In this document: positions 1 through 16,406 of the stretch, one piece after another
Layout: the number at the start of each line of letters is the position of its first letter
How positions within the stretch are numbered: position 1 is the first letter of the stretch
Assembly: GCF_009914755.1 (NCBI RefSeq)
Contig: NC_060947.1
Length of the DNA: 64,000 nt
Origin: the human T2T-CHM13v2.0 reference genome, Homo sapiens
Reading direction: 5' to 3' (one strand)
Program-made: the position numbers and the translations under genes
Notes under the pieces: generated by a model
What the model was told of the DNA's origin: nothing
The model's database searches: none
What the model saw: only the letters and a program-made list of their open reading frames with translations

Positions 1-87
1 CTTTAACTTGAAATCTTTCTTTTTTGTCCCCCACCTCAAGCTCAGTGAATCGTACGATAATTCTATGATGCTCTTTTTATTTTTACG

Positions 88-860
88 TTTGATTTTGAAA
101 TAACATCATACTTCCAAAAAAGTTGCAAGAGTAGTCATCTATACCCTTCACCCAGATTCACCAGTTGTTAACATTTTACCACATTTACTTGCTCTTTAGT
201 ATATACACGTTTTCTCTGCCCACACAAATACACATACAAATGTATATAATTTTTTTCTAAACCATATGAAGGTCAATTACCAAAATAATTCTGGTTTACT
301 CCTAAATACTTCAGTGTGTGTTTTCTAATAACAAAGACATTTTCTTATACAATTATTATACAAGTAACAAAATCAGGAAAGTAAACATTGATACATTTCC
401 ATTATCTCATCTACAGTTTATATCCATATTATGCCTATTATCCTCAAAATGTCTTTTATATATACATTTTTTCTAGAACAAGATGCACTGCAGGATCCCA
501 TTTTGCACTTAGTTGTCATGTCTCTTTAATCTCCTTAAATCTGGAACATTCCTCAGCCCTTTTTTGCCTTTCACGACCTTGATAGTTTTGAGGAGTACTA
601 GTCAGCTATTTTATAGAAATCTCTCAATTTGGGTTTCTCTGATGTTTTCTTATGATTAGATTGATGTCATACATTTTGGGAAGAACAACGCGAGTGACTT
701 TGTGTCCTCAGTGTAACACATCAAGAGGCACATGATGTCAGTTTATCCCTTTAATGGCAAAATGAACTTCGACTCTTGGTTAAGGTGATGTTCTCCGAAT
801 TCACCCAAAAGCTACTACTATTCCTTTTGTAATTAAAAAGTAATTTGTGGAGAGTCACTT
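88..860 (-). mobile_element. Ancient L1 (L1MC/L1ME-like) 3' fragment, continuing between the Alus to ~1620
   Basis: Diagnostic old-L1 antisense text such as aaaagttgcaag...atacccttcacccagattcaccagttgttaacatttt. Confidence 0.6.
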
Positions 861-870
861 TGTAACTCTT

Positions 871-1176
<306 letters not shown>

Positions 1177-1237
1177 TGTAACTCTTATTATCTTCTTCAT
1201 CAAACTCTCACCCACTAGTTTTAGTACTGAATGATGA

Positions 1238-1509
1238 TTTTTTTCTTTTTTTGAGACGGAGTTTCGCTCTTGTTGCCTTGGCTCACCGCAACCTCTGCCT
1301 CCTAGGTTCAAAAGATTCTACTGCCTCAGCCTCCCGAGTAGCTGGGATTACAGGCATGCACCACTACTCCAGGCTAATTTTGTATTTTTAGTAGATATGG
1401 GGTTTCTCCATGTTGGTCAGGTTGGTCTCGAACTCCCACCCTCAGGTGATCTGCCCACCTCAGTCTCCCAAAGTGCTGGAATTATAGGCGTGAGCCACCG
1501 CGCCCAGCC
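1238..1509 (-). mobile_element. AluSp-like with internal deletion
   Basis: gtttcgctcttgttgcc joins directly to ttggctcaccgcaacc, so ~25 nt of consensus are missing. Confidence 0.9.
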
Positions 1510-4500
1510 CTAATTGATTATTCTTATCTGAATCCATTATTATAATTGTGGTTGAAAATTATGATTTTTCTAATTTCATTATTGCTTCTGCATTTATTAA
1601 TTGGTATGATGAGAGTTTTCCCTTCTCCTTTATTTACTTATTTGTTCATTCATTTGATGCTTAAATTATTCTGTAAAATTGTGATATTCATTTTACTGAA
1701 TTGTTAATTTCAACGTGGTAAAACTTGAAGAGAACAGTCTTTTCCAGACTGATATCTGATTCTGAGCTATAATTCCCCAAAGATGAAAGTTTCCAGGAAT
1801 GAGTATCTGGTGTAGTTTGTCCCAAAGGGAATTTATCCAAGTTGATATTTATGAGGTGTTCCTATATTTTACTATAACTGCTTCCTATTACTCTCACTTA
1901 AATTTCCAATATAATCACATTAAACAGTAAGAACCAACTGACCTAATCCTTAGACAGCTTAGACATCTAGCAGTAGAACTAACTACTCGAAGAGGTTGCA
2001 AATCTAAACATAACCTCCCCCTCCCCACTGCCAGAAAGAGAGAAAAAACAAAAATGAAGCAAAAAAAAAAAAAAAAAAAAGACACACTGTCTTTGAGAAT
2101 ATCTGTATAAGGCAAAGATTGCTGGAGCCATATATAAAAGATATAAAGCAAAAATGTAAGAAAAATATAATAAAAAGAAGCATTTGTTAACTCTAGGTAG
2201 TTAATAACACTGGTGTTTGCTTTACCATTTCCAATACTTTCCTGTATATTTCAAAACATTTGTAATCTTCAAAAGCTGGGTAGAAAAAAAAGTAGGCGGA
2301 AGATGGAAGAGAGACTAGACAAGGTAGGTATCAGAGGTTAAGAATGGTGACATAAATTAAAGTGGCAATAAGCCCTGAAGATCACAGGTTAAGTCAGACA
2401 GGAAAGACACAGAACATACAAGAATGTTCTAGCAGATGGGGGCACTCAGGGTGAGGCCAGTCAAATTTTCCCCACCTCAGTGGTCTTTGGAAGACTGTGG
2501 TATTTACAGCTCAGTGGGATGATTAATGTTCATGAAGATAACCCTACATCATTGGGAAAAGTCAAGTCCTGTTCAATGAACCCTGTTGACCAAGTAAAGA
2601 AATGTGTAGTGTGCTTTAAAATATTTTCCACCCCGAACAACGAAACTGCCACGTTTTGGGTTTTTTAAATGTTAAGCTTTGATCACCTGGACCCCTCACT
2701 TGTCAACAATATCTCCTTGTCCCCAGCAGGCGTGACTGCATGAAACAGAGCCTGATTCTCAGCTGATCTGTTACTGCATCTTCCCCATGTCCCTGCTGAA
2801 AACCAACCCAGGGCTTTGCTACTGCAGCTCAGATCATGTGCTACATTGTTAGTTGCAAATAAATAGTTATAGGCGCTGGTCAGTAGTCGCTGTAGACAGT
2901 GAGTGCATTCAGTGGTTTTTCTCTATAATTATATACTCACCCCATTCACAAGATGGTGCTTTAAAACTATTTTACTCTGCTTCCATTTAAACATCACGAG
3001 TCCATTGCATTTATAAAAGAACAATGTGGTTGCATTTGTCTTGGGGAGAGGAGACCTCTTAAGTAGACAAGGAGTACAGCTAAACCCAGTTCTGTTTAAG
3101 GTGTGTTTGCACAAATCTAATATAGCTTAGGGAGATCTTTCTTATTCAACAGACACATGTTTTATACATGTGAGACTGTCCTCAGAACACGAAAATGTGT
3201 CTGGAAATCTTGCCCAGGGACTAACAGAAAAAGACTGAGGATGTTTCTGCTTTCTTGCCTTGGGTATAAAATAGGCAGTGAATTAGCCACCTCTTCAAGG
3301 CATAGCCAGAGGGGGAAAAATAGAAAAACAGGTATGGTAGGCAATAAAGACCAAAATAAAGCAACTGTCATATATCCTCCGCTGAAACAGGAAATCAGAA
3401 TGTCTTTGCCTCAGACCCTCTTCTTTGAAATGCCTTGTATCACAGAATGCGTGCTACCATAAGTCTAAAATAACATCTAATATAAGTCAACAGATCTGCA
3501 AATGGTGTCTGGGTGCCCATGTTGATTTCAAGATACTAAAAAGATGCAATAAAACAAGCCTAGAGAACAAAAGAGTAAGCAGGAGCAACATGTATCACTT
3601 TACAAAGATAAAATCAATTTAACTTAGTGGGCTCCTAATGAGGACAGTAGCCATTGACTAGATGAATCATGAAAACAGAAGTTGCAATAGTAATATCTAT
3701 TAATCTCCTAGTTCTTAATGGTCCATGACATATTTTACAGATTTTAGCATATATATTAACAATAAATGCTAATAGTCCAGATTGTTCAAATTTATCATTA
3801 CAACGGGCTATACTGACATTTACCTGTCCACTATCTGTTAAGAAAAAGACTGTTATGTCAATTAGCAAATGAGTAAGACCTAAGAGGCTCCAAAATGTTT
3901 TCAAATACTATAGTACTATTGGTTTCCTTTTTAAGATCTAACATGTTAGTTATAAATGAACATTCTGGAAGCCTCAAGTGGAGCCTTTTGGGACCTCTAT
4001 TTAGCAAAACAGATACTACCCATTTGCTTGTATAACTGTATTTTAAGTAATACAGTTGAGAGCAATAAAAGCATGATTAGTACCAAATATATATATATTT
4101 GGAATATATATATATGTTCCAAATTTCATTCTCCAGGATCAGTCTGAACTAATTATATCATGTAATTAATCACCTTGTCAAAAAATTCATCCAGAAGCCT
4201 AGTTAAATACAGGGTAAAGCAGTGATGGGAAATATGGTCCCAGCTATGACTCTTAGGAGAAGTAATAGTGATGGCTAATCTTTATCAAGTATCTTCCATT
4301 TCATGAAACATATTTACAGGTATCATGGCAACCTTGCGAGTTCATTGCTAACTCTCAAGTTAGTTGTTTTTGAGACTTAACCCATTTTTCCGATAAGGAA
4401 ACTGAGGCTGAAGAGAGATGAAATGCCATGTTCGAGGTCATTTTATTAGAAGTTGACAGAACTTAGAATCAAACCTGGGGCTTTTGTCTCTAAATTCTAT

Positions 4501-5139
4501 GCCCAAATCCTCTTTCAATCCATTATGGCATAGCAGTTGCTGAAGAAAATGATTTATCAAAATGATTTCTCAAAAAATTGATTCCTCACTGTGCCAATGG
4601 TTTTCTCACCCCATCCTTTATGGGACTGTATAAAATGACCCTATCTAGGCTCTCAACCCCTTGGAGCTCATGTGGACAACCCTGAGCACTTGGAAATAAC
4701 TGGTAAACCCAAGACTAGCAAAACAAAATGGCAGCCTGTAATTGCTCTCGGAGGCTGCCTTAAATCAGACCACCCTATCTCCTGTCTCTGGACAGACCCA
4801 CTTCTGACAAGGGGTGCTGTGCAATCCAAATAGGTTTAAGATTTTAAGGAGAAGCAAAGGTGGAAGATCACATTAGGGATGAACAGGTGAGAGAATGTGA
4901 CTTCACTCTTAGCAGTGAAGTGATGGGCTGAGAGACATGCACCCATGGCACGTGGATACAGAGCGTGCACGCACGGCACAGCACCGGTGCAGCATGGGTG
5001 AGTGTGCACAGTGTAAATATTGTATGCAGAAGCCATCCAGGGGTATATGTTCCTATTTTAGTAAAATCAATATAGGAAGCGGTTATAAATGTGCTTCTCT
5101 TGGAAAGGAGGCAAGCAAATCTTGATATAGTTTTTCATT

Positions 5140-5749
5140 TGAGGCCAAGGGCCCACAGAAGTTTCACTAAAAAATCAAGTCAAAAAAGACAAATGAATTA
5201 GAGAAAAGGCATACAAATATATTTAACGTATATCCATGGGAGCCTTCAGAATGAAATCCCAAAGATACAAGGGAAATTGTCCATTTTTATGCTAATGTTC
5301 AACAAAGTATGGATAGCCATGTAGAAATAGGATTGGACAAAAAGGGCCTGACCTAATGCTAACGGACTGAATGAAGAAACCTAGCAAGGCCTAGATTCTT
5401 CTTGGCCTCTCTGAGCAGCGTTCCTTCCTTCTGGGTGTGGGGCAGGACCCTTTCTGGAATGGGAGTCTTATGACCTACAATCAAACCATGTTGGTCAGAT
5501 AATTTCTTTATGGCCAGTCTTTACACAGGGCAGAGGGAAAATTAGAGTCATATTTTTAGGTTTTAAGGCTGGCTTTGGGGAAAGGGGGTTCTAGTTTCTA
5601 TGACCCACCTTGGGGAAGAGGGATTCTAGTTTCTATGGCTAGCCTCCAGGGATAACAGAAATTAAAAAACAGGAGGGCAGGAGAAGGTCAAAGAAATACT
5701 TTTGTTTCTGAGGCCTTCATTTTGGGATATTGTTTTTTGAGCTCCAACA
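5140..5749 (-). mobile_element. ERV1 solo LTR, MER39/MER39B-like
   Basis: Reverse complement starts TGTTGGAGCTCAAAAAACAATATCCCAAAATGAAGGCCTCAGAAAC...TGACCTTCTCCTGCCCTCCTG. Left boundary approximate. Confidence 0.75.
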
Positions 5750-5974
5750 AAATATTCTTGGGGCAAGCCAAAGAATAAAGAAAAGGAGGAAATAAGAAAG
5801 AAGCTAAATACCATATTTTCTAGCCCAGGAATCCAGTTTCCCATAACAAAAGTAAGTGAACGCACGTGTAGAATATGCCTAAGCAATGCAGCGCTTCCCA
5901 GCAGCACTTAGCTCACTGCCTTGTGTCTAAGCAGTAAGTGAGGATACTACTCCAAAGCCAACCTCTGTTCCCAT

Positions 5975-7020
<1,046 letters not shown>

Positions 7021-7248
7021 TATGCTATCAATGCTGTGTGCATTCAACTGCGGCACCTGTGTTTGGAAATTTCATACCTAAATTCCTAATTGTTTTTACA
7101 AAAGGCTAAATATTTAAATAGCAGCTCGTCGATGAATGCTAAATGTTTTGTGTGGTCTCTGTGTTTGCGCTTGCAATTCAATACTGACTCGTTTCCAAGC
7201 AGCACGGTGGAGATGTTTCCACATTTAGCCTCCTTGCCTGGGAAGTGA

Positions 7249-7485
<237 letters not shown>

Positions 7486-8128
7486 TAAGTGTTGACTCTC
7501 AGCGCCATTTCGGAGACAGACATGCCGCCTCCCTTAGCCCGGGTGTATTTTTGTTATTTGTCCAAAATTGATCTTGTTTGTGTCAAAGCATTCATTCGCC
7601 AGTGGCAAAATGTATGAATATCATGCTCATTTCTGGCAGAAGAGATCCATTTCTAATCCACCTTTAGAGCATTGTAGTTAAGATGAGGGACATATTTAAA
7701 ACGAAGCATAAATTTTTGAATTCCTAAAGGGGCTTGATTCCAAGCCAAGCTTTGGTCTTAGCACTTTTCACACATTAATTTGTTTAATTCTCACAACACC
7801 CCTATGAGATTAGTAGGATTTTAGCTTCATTTTACAGACGAGCAAACCGAGTCATAGAATAACTTGCCCAAGTCAAATGGCTATTAACGCGGGGATATAG
7901 GATTCAAACCCAGGCAGTGGGACTCCCCGTTGTGCTATAGATTGTGTGATGGGTTGAGGCACCTGTGTTTGGAAACACATGTAATGCTAAAGCCTTGGAC
8001 CTCCCCCCACACCCTGCTTACAATCTCACCTCCAAAAGATGTATAAACTAATTAAAATCCCACTTTCCAAAGAAACTTCTCATGGGCTGCCTAGAAAGCC
8101 TTTCTAAATTCCACAATGCCAGGTTCAC

Positions 8129-8141
8129 CCACCAGGGGGCA
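8129..8141 (+). promoter_or_regulatory. CTCF core motif match
   Basis: CCACCAGGGGGCA. Confidence 0.45.
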
Positions 8142-9832
8142 AAATGGCTTTTCTCAATAAATTCATGAGCCTGTGTTGGGAAGGATTAAATCTCCAACTT
8201 GCTGACTTTAACACCACTGTTCTGACAACTCTCAGTCACCTGTTGACATGTAGGGACAAATCCTCATATGCAATTTGAGAACCTCAGGCCTTCAGTTCAC
8301 TCCTTCCAGATGCTTTCTCTCTCTCCCCACACATAAGCGTGACTGTAGCCTGAGAAAGACTTGGCTCACAAAGAGATCTCGTGCTCAGCTGGACACATTC
8401 ACACACTCTTCCACTCTCCTTTTTAAAGTTCTTGGGGACAGGTGAAACTGGCTGCCATTTGAAAAGGTGGCCTGCACAACCGGAGTTGATTTTCAGACAA
8501 TTAAAATGCATTTCTTTTCCTACTTTGTGTACCCACATTTTACCAGGTTGAACATTGTATGGTCAAAAACGTCTCAGAGATATCTGGCTTGAGTAAGAAT
8601 CCTGAAAAGTCTGTAATAATGTTCTCATTCATAAATTCCTTTGACCAACAAATATTCATTGAGCATTTTATATAGCACTCACATTAGGATAGTAGAAAAT
8701 ACTAATATGTATGAATTATATTCCTGGCCATTGAGGAACTTGTGGTCTGATTGTAAAAACAAGATATAAAGATAGGAAAAGTAATTATTTAAAATAATGA
8801 TACAAGTAGGATTACAAGAAAGCCCATAAGTAGTGCCAAATGATGGATAAGACAATAAGTACAAGTTGAGAAGGAAGAAAACATAATGATCATGAAATAT
8901 ACCATCTTAACTAGTGAAGAATATGAATGGTCAAGTGGTGGGGGTAGGTTGTCTTCCTACCCTTCTTTGGAGAGGACCTAGAACAGGAGAAATAACTGGA
9001 ATCCTCTTGAAGGTCTTCACATAATTTAGAAGACACTGGTTAGACACATAACCTAGGGTAGGATTTCTACTCCAGGATAGATTTCCTAGAATTCAAAATA
9101 TGGGACCTTCTTAGAAGGGGGTGGTAGTCGTTTCTGGTGAAATTGGCTCTTTGTAAAAATGTATTAACTCAGTCCCATTTGTTGTTGTTTTGTTGTACAT
9201 CCACGTCCATGAATGAGAACAGCATCTCCACATCAATACTGGGCACACTTAAGAGTCATGAATCACACCCAATTCCACACCACCAGCAAGAAATGTTGAT
9301 GGAGGGAGTTAGACAGGAACTGGCTGGGACAAAAGAACTGTGTGTGCCTAGAGAAATAGCCATGGAGGAGGGGAGGGACAGGGAAGAATGGTTTGGGGAC
9401 ATGAAGGACTTGCATCCATTCTTCTAAGAGAGGAAGAATATGAGCAGACAGGGAGATTGGAGAATAGAAATCAACGAAGGGATGGAGAGAAATTGGTGTT
9501 GGAAATACAAACTCGGATACGTGAGTGACTTTGAAGAGATTCAGAAGTTGGTTGGACAAAATGTCTCTTCACTTTACATTGGCTCCAAATGCCTCCTTAG
9601 CATTGTCTCTAGAGAATGAGGAACAGATTTCTTTTTAAATGCAAACATGTGTATTAATGATCAAGTAGTGTGTGTCCTGAGTGTAAATTAAAAGTTACTT
9701 CCTTTGGGGACTTGTCTCCATTCTCTGCCTCACCAAGGGTTCATTTGTTCCAACAAACATCAGAGCACCATTTTGTCTTAGATAACTCATCATCACAGAA
9801 ATGTGAAATTAAAGATATGCTCTTTATTGCAG

Positions 9833-9959
9833 AAAAGAATGGGGATTAGAGACTTTTCTTCCCTCTGCTGTGCTGCAAAGCATGAAAGAGAAGAACATAA
9901 AGAAAGCACTTTCACACCTTGTCAAAGCAAATCAAAACTTGGTACCACCGGGTAAAAAG
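9833..9959 (+). CDS. FRMPD4: FRMPD4 coding exon (FERM): [42 protein letters not shown]
   Basis: Acceptor tctttattgcAG at 9831-9832 and donor AAG|gtatca at 9960. 127 nt, open frame, phase compatible with both neighbours. Not in the ORF track. Confidence 0.95.
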
Positions 9960-10371
9960 GTATCACATTTGCATCTTAAAAGAAAATTATAAAGAGAGAG
10001 GCTTGAATGCATTTTTTAAATGTTTAAAATTAGCTCATGAATAAAATACTTAGTACCATATTTTCAGAAGCAGTAACACTGTGTAACTTTTTTCTAACTA
10101 TTAACATGTTTCTAACACTAATGAAAAATAAGTATTCATATAGAAACCTATTTCTTTCTCACAAGTTATGGACTCCGTACTGTAGCAGGGAGGTATGTGT
10201 TCATGTGCCCATCCAGGAAAAGTTTGCGTAGCCTCTGAGACCTTGTGGATAGAAGATAGAATTGTGAAATCATTCTATGTTTCAATCATGCAATTGCTTA
10301 CTGCTCAGACCAGCTTCAATGCACAACAGCCAGCAAGAGGCCCTGCAGGCCAGAGGCCACATTAATTAAAC

Positions 10372-10593
10372 CAGGGATCCTCAACTGTGGCGTAATTGAC
10401 ATTTGGGAACAGATCATTCTTTGTTAGGGAGTTACGGGGAACATCCTGTGTATTCTGGGATGTTTAGCGGCACCCCTGGTCTCTACCCACAAGATGCCAG
10501 TAGCACCCTCCCGTGATCGTGACAAACAAAAATGTCTCCAGACATTGCCAAATGTGCTCCCGGGAACAAAATCACCCCTATTGACAAACAATG
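10372..10593. mobile_element. MER20 (hAT-Charlie MITE)
   Basis: Contains ctctacccacaagatgccagtagcacc...caaaaatgtctccagacattgccaaatg. Confidence 0.85.
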
Positions 10594-12272
10594 GATTCAA
10601 TCCTACCTTTGGAGGGAAGATAAAATTATTGCTGTCATTCACCATCATTAGTGTTAAAATCTTTTTATGCTTTTGTTTTTGTTTTCATTAAGTAAGAGAA
10701 ACACAAAGGAAATTTTAAAATATACTGTTGGTCAGAAAAGAGAGGTATAGTTTATAGGTAATAAAAAGCAAAGGATTACAGGAACCAGAAAGAGAAGGAG
10801 CCTTAAAATACTGGATCTATAAAATTGGAAGCAGTCTTATAACTGAAGAACACTTTCCAATTGATATTAGCTGGAGAAATTTGTGTGACTCTAATACAAA
10901 TCACTGTTTACGTGGAGAACCATTTTGTCTTAGTATCTGATTTTTTTAAGTCATTTTTACTGGGTAAGGCACATTTATTTCTATCCCCTCCTCACCCCAC
11001 GACAATTTTTTTTTTTAAGTATAATCAGTTTCAACACACTATCAGCCACCTTTAACTCACTTCCCAATTTCATGGGAAGGATGTCTTTGATCACAGTGAG
11101 CATTCAGCTTACAGAGATGTAGCAAGATGATGTTGGTCAAGTTCTTTTTAACTTCAGTTCTGATTTGCTGGAAGCTAATTTCTATAATTGACTTGTGATT
11201 TTTTTTTCAAGCCTGGCCCACTCGTAATAATTTGGATAACTGCTATAAGATCAATCAACCTATCCATTTATCCATCACTGTCCTTTAAAGGTTGTTTTTC
11301 TAGCCAAGAGTGAATAGTTTGCTTTCAAAACAATTTGCAAATGCTTTGCATTTTTGAAAGAAGTAGGATGGATGAATGGTGCTAAGTAACAATTACATAA
11401 AGAGCAGTGCCTTTATGTATAGTTAACAAATAAGTTGGCAAGCCATCTGCAAGTGAAAATAGAATTTTATGGTCATTGCCACTTAATGGTGGTCTACACC
11501 TTGTTGGAAAATTTCAACCTTAATAAACATCCCTGGCACATTCAGTATGAAACATGGACCTTTTTTTTTTTTAAATCAAATACTCTTTTTAGTGATATGG
11601 GATCCTACATTTTTAAGTCTTTGTAAAGATAACTTTTATCTGGATAAAATTTCATTTATAAATCACTTGTGAAACTCAACAGATTTTCCAAGTTGAATTA
11701 ATAAAACAGAGCCTTATTTAGCAAGTTCAAACATTTCCACAATGATTGGCTCTCAGAAAGTTCATTTCCCCCGAAAACTTGCAAGGACTGGAAGAAACTT
11801 GAGAGGGGAAGTGTAAAGGGCCTGTTTAGAAGGCTTTGCCTAGATTGCAGGTGCGTATTCAAAATGATTCCCACAAAGTCTGCATTCAGGTGAGTCTCTT
11901 GTGCAATGGGAATATAGGTAGACACCTCACCTTTGTCCCTAATTGCAAGTAGAAGGCCCACTCACCTCTTGAAATCTCCCAGTGAGCAGATGTTCAATGG
12001 AACATTTTATGGTCTTGTTCTCACTTGCTGAGTGCCCTGGCCCAGCATATCTACACCCATGAGTGCCCCATACATTGACCCCCTAATAAATAAGATTTGA
12101 ATCTTGATTTTATGTTCCAGTCCTTCATCAGGAAACCAAATATGTAGCAATTTTATTCCTAATGAATAGTCTTTGTCACATCTCAACTTTTCAGCCGTAA
12201 AATCATCCTTCTATCTTACACTTGTTTTCTGCTAGTCTCCAGCTGAAATGGAGTCATACCCAATAGAGTTAA

Positions 12273-12476
<204 letters not shown>

Positions 12477-12880
12477 TGAATCTTCTCCAGCCTTCATTTC
12501 TAACCAACTTCACAACAGTCTGAAAATATCAGAAGAAATGTTAAACTAGATAACACCACTGCAGAATGCCCTAGAAAAAGAAATGTGAAGAACCGAGAGA
12601 ATCAAAGGATTCTAACAATGGCCTTCTTTTAAATCATTGAGCCAGAAGTTGCTTTCACAGTGAAAAAAGGAAAACTAAAAAGAAAAAAACAAACCTCATT
12701 TCTAAAAGGATCTTATGATTATGAACATACTGTGCTATAACATTTACTTTCTAATTACTCATGATTTATCAGAGCCTCAATTCAGTCATGTATCTGGTTC
12801 TTCTAATTGGATGATTTAGTACAGTATGACCCAGAAACACTTTCTAAAGAAAATATAATCTTATAAAAATAGGATCATAG

Positions 12881-13255
<375 letters not shown>

Positions 13256-13664
13256 TAATCCACCAACTCAGGCCTGAGGGCTCCAGTCCTCACTAAATCG
13301 CTGTGTGATTGGGAACAGGTCGCTATAATTCTCTGCGCTCAATTTTTTTATTCATACGTGAGAAAGCAAGCTACATAATTTCTAGGTCCCTTCTGACTTT
13401 AGAATATGTGATTTCTAGGTATAGAGTAGGGGAAACTTTTCTGAACTAACTTTCTAGAATATATGACTCAAATCAAGAGGGAGATTTTTCCCAACTTTCT
13501 TTAGAATTCTCACTCCCTTTGCTTACGTTAGGTCCATATGTGTTTATTCTTTTGGAAAAGCTTGATGTTTTAGTTCATCTGTCTTCTCATATGGTAGCAA
13601 TTGGTACTGACTGAACATCTGGCTCCTATGAATGTCATGGCCATTCCATTTAAAACAAAAATCT

Positions 13665-13960
13665 GGCCAGGTGCGGTGGCTGATGCCTGTAATCTCAGCA
13701 CTTTGGGAGGCCGAGGCGGGCGGATCACGAGGTCAAGAGTTCAAGACCAGGCTGACCAACATGGTGAAACCCCATCTCTACTAAAAATACAAAAATTAGC
13801 CGGGCGTGGTGGCGTGCACCTGTAATCCCAGCTACTCAGGAGGCTGAGGCAGGAGAATTGCTTGAACCCAGAGGTGGAGGTTCCAGTGAGCCGAGATCGT
13901 GCCATTGAACTTCAGCCTGGGTAACAGAGCGAGACTCCATCTCAAAAAAAAAAAAAAAAA
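13665..13960 (+). mobile_element. AluS (Sg-like)
   Basis: Full Alu with A tail and TSD ACAAAAATCT. Confidence 0.95.
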
Positions 13961-15320
13961 CACAAAAATCTGAGATGGTCCACAAAGGGCAAAACTCTAC
14001 TCCCAAAAGAGAATAGGAAATAGTCCAGGTTCCTGGTCTCCACCTTCTTTTCCCAGTAGAGATGAGTTATTGGATTTTGGCAATGGCAGTATTTCTACTG
14101 TTTCTATGAAGAAAAGGCACGGGAACAAATGGAGATAGTGACTCCACAAAGGAGACAACACCAGCCTGGAGGGTGCTCTGAAAATAGCCAGGGAGGACCC
14201 AGCCCTACCTGCCTCCCCACTAGGGTGCTGGTGTGGGAGGAGTGGATTAACAGCCATTGAGAATGTGGCAAAGCGTTTCTACAAAGCACATCAGAATACA
14301 CTAGAGAGCTCTGCAGTGGGAACAGATGATCACGAAAGAGAGAATGTGGAGCTCAGACATGCTGGCTGTGACCTGTAGGACTTCATGGGCTGGATCCAGA
14401 GGGTTTTCATGGCAAGCTGAAAGTGTGAGGATAGACTTGGAATGCTAATCCTACTCCATGAGCAAAGAGGCTGAGAGAAATAGCCCCATCACAGAGAAAG
14501 GTGGATGAAAGGGTGAACTGGATGCAGTTATTACAGATCCGATGACAGAGATAATCTGTCCTAAACAGAAATGAGTGTCGTGCCCGGCCGATGGCGTCCT
14601 GCCTATATAAAATAATGATGCGGTGCCTTGGAGGCTGAGGGGAGACCTCAACTGAAGTGGAAGGAAAGGCAGTTCAACAAGTAGTACAGGGGCTTTGGCA
14701 GGAAAGTTAAATTCTACGAGCTGGGGGCGCTGAATCCGCCCAGTGTCCTATACCTAGGAGTGAAAGCAAGAGGCCTGCTGTCTTGCTGTCTTTGTGCCTC
14801 TCTTCATATCTGCTTTTTCTTGCTTCCTTATTTCTCTCTCACTCACTTTTTCTCTTTCAACAAAAACACATCCTTCCTAACTCAATGAGAAAAATTGCTT
14901 CATCCAACACTTTTTTTTCCCTATAAGCTCCAAATCTATGTCCAATTGTATAATAACCTTATTGTTTCAAGAGAGTTTTAGTGAGGCCTTTTCTCAACTC
15001 CCATCTGTTTTACCCTCCTGTAAATTTACGATTTCATCTAGAAGCAACTTTTTACTGGATCTCTGGCACTTTTCATTCAGTCTTAGCAGTAATTTCCACT
15101 TGAATTTTACCTCTAACACTAATTTACACCGTGAACCCAAAACTTAATCTTCCTGTAATTTTCAGATTGTGAGTTCACTGCTGGTAACTGAGGTAACTGG
15201 TAACTTAACTAGTTAATGTTAATTTACCAGTTTAACATGTTTAATTGTCTTTAAATGTTAAAAATGTTAATTATTTGGGAAGAAGACAATCTCATTTTTT
15301 TTCATTTCAATATGACTGGG

Positions 15321-15641
15321 GGTCCAGGTGCGGTGGCTCACACCAGCAATCCCAGCACTTTGGGAGGCTGAGGTGGGCAGATCATTTGAGATCAGGAGTT
15401 GGAGAACAGCCTGGCCAACATGGTGAAGCCCCGTCTCTACTAAAAATACAAAAATTAGCCTGGCGCGGTGGTGCATGCCTGTGATCCCAACTATTCCGGA
15501 GGCTGAGGCATAAGAATCGCTTAAACCCAGGAGGTGGAGGTTGCAGTGAGCCAAGTTCACGCCACTGCACTCCAGCCTCGGCGACAGAGCGAGACCCTGT
15601 CTCAAATATAGATAGACAGATAGACAGACATATATATATAT
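15321..15641 (+). mobile_element. AluS with tail decayed to a (TAGA/CAGA)n(TA)n microsatellite
   Basis: Alu body 15321-15606. TSD remnant ATATGACT on both sides. Confidence 0.9.
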
Positions 15642-15866
15642 GACTTGGAAGAGATTCAAAATGTCCAGGCTTTTTAGAGGGTGTGTCCTGAATGATTTTC
15701 AGTAAGGCACTTTGTGTTATCCTTGGCTTTTTCTCCTGCTTTGGGTTTCTCCCATGAAATGTTTGTTCAATAACTCCTTTTTCCATAAGCATAAATGCAG
15801 CTGTTGACACTCCAGGGATGTTATTAAGAATGGATGGCTTTAACCAAAGTGTTCTCTTTTGTGTAG

Positions 15867-16082
<216 letters not shown>

Positions 16083-16093
16083 TGAAAAGTTAA

Positions 16094-16406
<313 letters not shown>

